NCBI GenBank assembly: GCA_000934665.2
Contig: KZ538029.1
Span: 62,001-126,000 of the forward strand
Origin: Catajapyx aquilonaris
Taxonomy: Eukaryota
Reading direction: 5' to 3'
DNA length: 64,000 nucleotides
How positions within the stretch are numbered: the first letter of the stretch is position 1; every line of letters starts with the position of its first letter. Of the stretch, positions 48,901 through 54,900 are shown piece by piece. The notes below the pieces were generated by a model. That model had not been told where the DNA came from, searched no databases, and saw nothing but the letters and a program-made list of their open reading frames with translations. The translations under genes were made by a program, and so were the position numbers.

Positions 48901-51900
48901 AAATGCACGTGGGGGGCTACAAAAATGTAGATCACGGTTGTCTGGATTCAAGGGGGGGGCTGAAAATCAGAAAGAAAATATGTACCGTAATCATCAGAGG
49001 GGCGTATCTGTGTGGTGTCTCCGTCCATCCAGAGGGCCACCTGAACGTAGTCAGCCACGAAGGAAGGGATGTGGCAACGGAGCAAAGCGGCGTTGCCGCG
49101 CAGAACAAACTCATCCATGAGATTCACCTCGTAGTGTTGCGGTACCACTACGGCATAAGGAATACGAAATGATAACCCCAAAAGAAATCAGATGCATGCC
49201 TTTTTTTTAAAAAAAAAAATCTCCTGGGTCACAAATTTTTGGAAGTTGCCAGATCTGTTCCTCCGGTTATAGCCACTGTTGCCAAATCAGACTCATTTTT
49301 TTTCAGTGAACGTATCGCGAAATTGTTGCCACACTTCCCACTAGCAGAGAAAATAGGCAAATTCTGTTAATTTTTTGGGAGGGAAGGTCAAAGTTTTTTT
49401 TTCCAGTCAACTGACCATTCGGGTAGATCGACCCGAGGTCATAGCGCCTTCCGTCCGAGTCTTGCCAGGCCAAAATCTTGACGTAATCGGACACGTAGGG
49501 CGGTAGATGACATTGGAACAAAGCGCTGTTCCCACGAATGACATAACCGTCGTAAACCTGAGCTTCGAAGAATTGGTTCACAGCTGAAACATACCGGGTT
49601 TCAGGATTTTATTATATTCAGGGTTGGAAGTGCAAGTGTCGGGGACTTATAAAATATTGGAAACTGCACATCTGGAAAAGAAAAAACATTAGTGCTGCAA
49701 ATTAATCGTTTTTTTCTCTCATTGTCAGTTAAGTGTCTCCGTATCTGACTCTTCAAATTACCGTAGTCTCCTCCATGGACCCAAAAGTCACTCCCATCCT
49801 CAGCTTCCCATCCAATTACTTGGACGAACTCGGAGACGAAGGCAGGCACCTGACACTTCAACGTTGCAGGGTTTCCCCTCAAGACGAACTCATCGCTGAC
49901 TCGAGTCTGATATGCCTGTGCCACAACTAACCCCAAAACAAAACAATTTTTTCAAAATCAAATTTTTTTAAAACTTTTGTACAGTGCTCCGTTGCCACAT
50001 CGTATACCTTTCTTTTTTTAAAACACTAGTGCGCACATATTGTTAATATTATCAGGATTTACCAAAGTCGTCTCCATAGGCATATTTGGACCCGGTGTCA
50101 TCGTTCCATCCGATCACACTGACAAAATCGGATGCGAAGCTAGGGATCATGCACTTCAGAGTGGCCGAGTTGCCACGAAGGACTATCTCGTCTATGACTC
50201 TGGTCAGGTAAAATTGGCTGACCACTGCGGAAAGGAAATAAAGCGGGGGGGTCAACGGTGGAACAAAGGGGGGGCTTCAGCAAACCATGCGGGGGCGTCC
50301 TGCAAAAAAGTATCCCAATAAGATTAATCCACACCATAGTCGTACCATAGTCGTCGCCAGTGGTGAAACGTTCTCCTTCGTTGTCGTTCCACCAAACCAC
50401 TTGGACATAGTCGGCGACGAAACTGGGAATTTCGCATTTCAGAAGAGCGCTGTTTCCGCGTATGACGTACTCGTTGTCTGCTTCGGTTATGTAGAATTGG
50501 GAAACGACTACAAGTAACGAGAAAATGTCAGTTCACGCCTTCGGAAGAACCGCTGCTGAAACTAAAGACGTGTTAACATGGGGACGTTGGACCTGCCTAT
50601 AACTATAGCAATTTTTTACCATAGTCGGTGTTTTGATCTGAAGGGTAGTAATGATTTCCATCGCCATCCAACCAGGAGACGACCTGAATGTAATCCGCAA
50701 CGAAACTTGGAATTTCGCACTTGATGATGGCGCTGTTTCCACGGATCGCGTACTCTTTGTCAGCGTCCGTTTCGTAGAACTGCGAAACCACTGCAAATAA
50801 TTCGCAACGAATTTTATACGTTTGAAAGCAGCAGCTCAGGCAACCTAGAACATAAAACAGATTCTGCTAATTAGTTTCCGGGTTTTCCTGCAAATATGGG
50901 TAGCCTACAGGGGTTGTGTTCAGTACCGTAGTTGTCGGACTGCCTGTAGTTGGAGCCATCATCGCACATCCAGGCCTCCACGTAGACAAATTCGGCAACA
51001 AAGGAAGGGATGGAGCATTTCAAGATGGCAGCGTTGCCTCTGATGACGTATTCGGCCAAAATCTCGGCATTGTAGAATTGGTTCACCACTGTAATCCCAA
51101 CAGCGGACAAGGTTTGAGCTATTACAGTACGACACCCCAACCCCTACCACCACACTCTGATTAGGAAAAAAAAGCCGTAAGTGTGAACTTACGGCTTTTT
51201 TGCGAATTGGCCGTGTTCTAGTTGCGTTATTATTGGTCGGTGCGGGGCTCCGGACATATTTTAAATCATTAAAAATCCGTACCGAATTGATTTGAATGTT
51301 CGTATGTGGCATCGCTGTCTGATTTCCACGCAACGACTCGGACAAAGTCGACGACGAACGACGGTATGTTACACTTGAGTACGGCTGTGTTGCCTCGGAT
51401 CACGTACTCGGACACCACCTCCGCCTCGTAGTACTGACTCACCACTGAAAGAATTCGTCTGATTTCGGACACAACATTCGGGACACAAGATCTGGCAACC
51501 TCAAAACACACCCCCCGATACATTGCCACATCCCATCCTGTACGTGAACATGTGCTGGAACAATACAAAAGATATTGTCTCGTGTGTGATTTGTCGGTTT
51601 TTTGGCCTTTACCAGGATCTAAATCGCGGGTAGGGAAAATGGTGTGGCCTGTGTCGTCCTTCCAAGCCACGACGTTCACGTGATCTGCCACGAAGCTGGG
51701 TATGTGGCAACGTAGCAGTGCAGCGTTGCCACGAATCACGTGCTCGTTGTACACCTCCACTTGGAAGTACTGGCTAATCACTGTAAGTACCGCTCAATAT
51801 TGCTTTTGCACATTGTCATGTGTGGGATTTAACACAATAGATGTGCGTTTTTATAGTCGGCAAGACTTAGCCTCATTTCTATTATTTTATTTATTTATTT

Positions 51901-54900
51901 CATTTAATAAATACATATCGTGGGCAAACATAATTCGGGTCCAATTATGGCGATTTTGAGTGAATACCACTAATCAGCATGTTATCTGCTCTGTCACTTG
52001 GTGAAGTACATTTAGCCATAAGGATTCATAGTGAGCCAGCAACCAGGATTTTTTTAATGAGCACAACCGAGTGCGCAACACAGTTCGCCCAAATTGTTTC
52101 CAACACTACAATTGAGGGAGAAACAATATGGCCGACTTTTGCGACGTTGCCAAGCCTCTGGAACTAACCTTAGAGGCTACCGGTGTGAATTTGGCCCCCT
52201 GAGGAGTAATTGTGGCAACGTTGTTGTTGGAACAATGGACTTGCGCGAGTGTGTGTGCGCACTCGGTTGCGCTCGTTAAAAAAACATATATACGCATAGC
52301 ATGCGAGCATGCCGACGATATTGTTTTTATATTAAATATCCATCTGAATCTTGTGGGTATTTCTTTCACCGAAATACCCATAAGGAGGCATGTTGGTGTA
52401 ACTGAAGCTAACCGAGCCGACTATAACACCGCAATGTTACGTTCCTGTAACACGTTTTCAATGACAAAATATCAACGCGATTAAAACGCACACAATGCAT
52501 ATAGGGCTAAGGTCAAACTGCAAGAGAAACGTTGACTGATGGCAGACATCGAGGTCTGTAATCGAAACAAACGGAATTTTTGAGCATTGTCTCGCTGTCG
52601 GGGTTGCCCTTTTTTTGTGTGTGTGTGCCCGTACCATAGTCATCTGAGGGCATAAAGTTGTCGTTCTGATCCGTGGTCCAGGCAATCACACGCAGAAAAT
52701 CCCCGACGAACGAGGGCACCTGGCATTTCATGAGGGCGCTGTTACCCCTGATGGCGTACTCCTTAATCACGTCCACTTCGTAGAACTGCGCCACCACTGA
52801 AAACTATCGGGTTTGCCAGACTTTTTTTTTCCTGACATGATGGGGGATAATGTGATTTGGGACGAAAGGGTTTCCTTGTCCCAACCCACTACACGTGTTT
52901 CTCCAATCGGGACATGTGCCCCACTGCAAAAGATGGTTTTTGGTCAGCGCTGGGGGTTTCTTCCACAAACTTTACCATAGTCGTTGGTGGGTGTCAAGTA
53001 TTCGTCGCCTCGACGCCACGCGGTGACAGTGACGTAATCGGCCACGTACGACGGCACGTGGCACTTGAGCACGGCCGCGTTTCCACGTATCACGTATTCC
53101 TCGAAGAAACTGGCCGAGTAGGGTTGGGACACAACTGCAATATTTCCCTCAGAGTCACAGACCTGCCCATGGCCAGTTGCATCAACGCAGAGTTCACACA
53201 ACCGGCTCCAAATCAACAGAACAAACATGGCCGCCATGACAGTTTAGGGCAAACAGTGAGTAACGGCGCTGCTGTTTCCGTTCTATTGATTGTTGTTTGT
53301 GAACAGGTCTGGTCACAGAGGGTCACAGTCTCGTGTGAACAGGCCCCCAAATCCACTAATCTGAGGTGGTGGGTTGGAGGTGTCGAGAGTCCAGTGTATT
53401 TAGTCACAGAGGGCAATGGTGCCATATTGATCGTGAACCGAGCTCCGGATTTTGAGATGGAGGCGTCGGCATGGTCAGGAATTTCATGAGGAACAGTTTT
53501 ATAATAAAAAATACCTATAGGACATCGATCGAGCTATTACTCCCAGTGAAGTGTGAGGACCTCGAGGTCCCTTTTCTCTGCCCAGAACCACGTCTCTAAT
53601 CTACTCACTGCCAAAACACTGGACCTCTTTTTCACCGTCTTCCTGGACTGAAACAAAGGTCTTTAGAGACGACCCATAGTGTGCGTATATGTATCCAGCT
53701 CTCAGCAGAAAGAAATATATGTCTAACGTTCAGGATTCGCAGGTCGTTTTCTGCTGACTTGAACTCCTGGCGCCTGCTGATTGCTTCTGAGGATATTTGG
53801 CCCAATTGGGCGCAGTGCGGATGGGTGCACATCTCAACTGCGGTATAGGCCATTGAACGTTAACTGCCCCGTTCAGACAGCGGAATAGACCATCGATGCA
53901 TAAGATCTCATATGCACGTACAGTACAGTCAAAATTAAGATAAACGCAACAGCACGACTCTACAATGAAATGATGGTTGCATAGCCACAGGATACATCCA
54001 GATTACATGCTATTGTGACAGCAGGAAATGATATTAATGAGACCTGCACTAATCATAAAAATGTAGGAACTACCTGGCTGATGTTTGCAATGATTACAGT
54101 GGGTTTGTGACAGGAACTGCTGTGGGAATGCAGCAGGGCTTGACATTATAATTGGATGAAATGCCCTACATTCTTCACTAAATGTCATGCATTCACTGCA
54201 CGGTATACCCAAAAATCGTCGTACTTAACTGTAGATGATTCTGACATACAGCACAACCTTTATTAAATTTGTCGATGCCATTAAAACCAGTGTGTGGGTC
54301 TGTCTTACAGTAGCATCTCTTAATATTCATTACTGCTGAACAGTGCATAATGCCCGAAGAAAAATTATGCATGAAGCGCTTTCAGAGATCCGGGGTCGTA
54401 AGACTTTCACCTCTACCACTATGAGTATTATTCAGCCACGTCTTATGGGCTCCTAAAATCTTAGCATAAGTAACCGCAGTTGAGACAGCATCATACTCAA
54501 CTATGACTCTTTCTGCTGAGAGAGAGATATATGATATCACGCACATCACATTTTTGTTTGCTGTAGATTCCTGGAATTTATGGATAAGCAGAACTAACAT
54601 GTAAGTAAACTTATGGGATAATCTTCTCACATGACTTAGCGTGTGATACACAACTGGAATTTTACACACTATACTTTCCATACGTTGCGCTTGGGATGTA
54701 AAAATCCTTTTATAGGTCCAAGTTACTGCCCAAGTTACTATACGAGTGGGTACCTTCAACACTCTATTTTTGTCCCACTCGTCCCATAACCTTTGCTCAG
54801 GAGCTTGCGCACAAAAATTACCAGATAATTTTCATGGGGGGGGGGGGGGAGAATTATAGCACAGTGACCCACATAACAGGAAGTAAGAGCTATGATTAAC

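Noticed and set aside
51168..51201. Rho-independent terminator appearance
   Set aside because: Eukaryotic Pol II intron; kept only as a splice-site-masking hairpin
17634..53134. Regularly spaced repeats suggesting a CRISPR or satellite array
   Set aside because: The units are splice-site-bounded Ig-coding exons of Dscam
18609..53489. Numerous plus-strand ORFs over the Dscam region
   Set aside because: Antisense shadows of minus-strand exons with no recognisable domains
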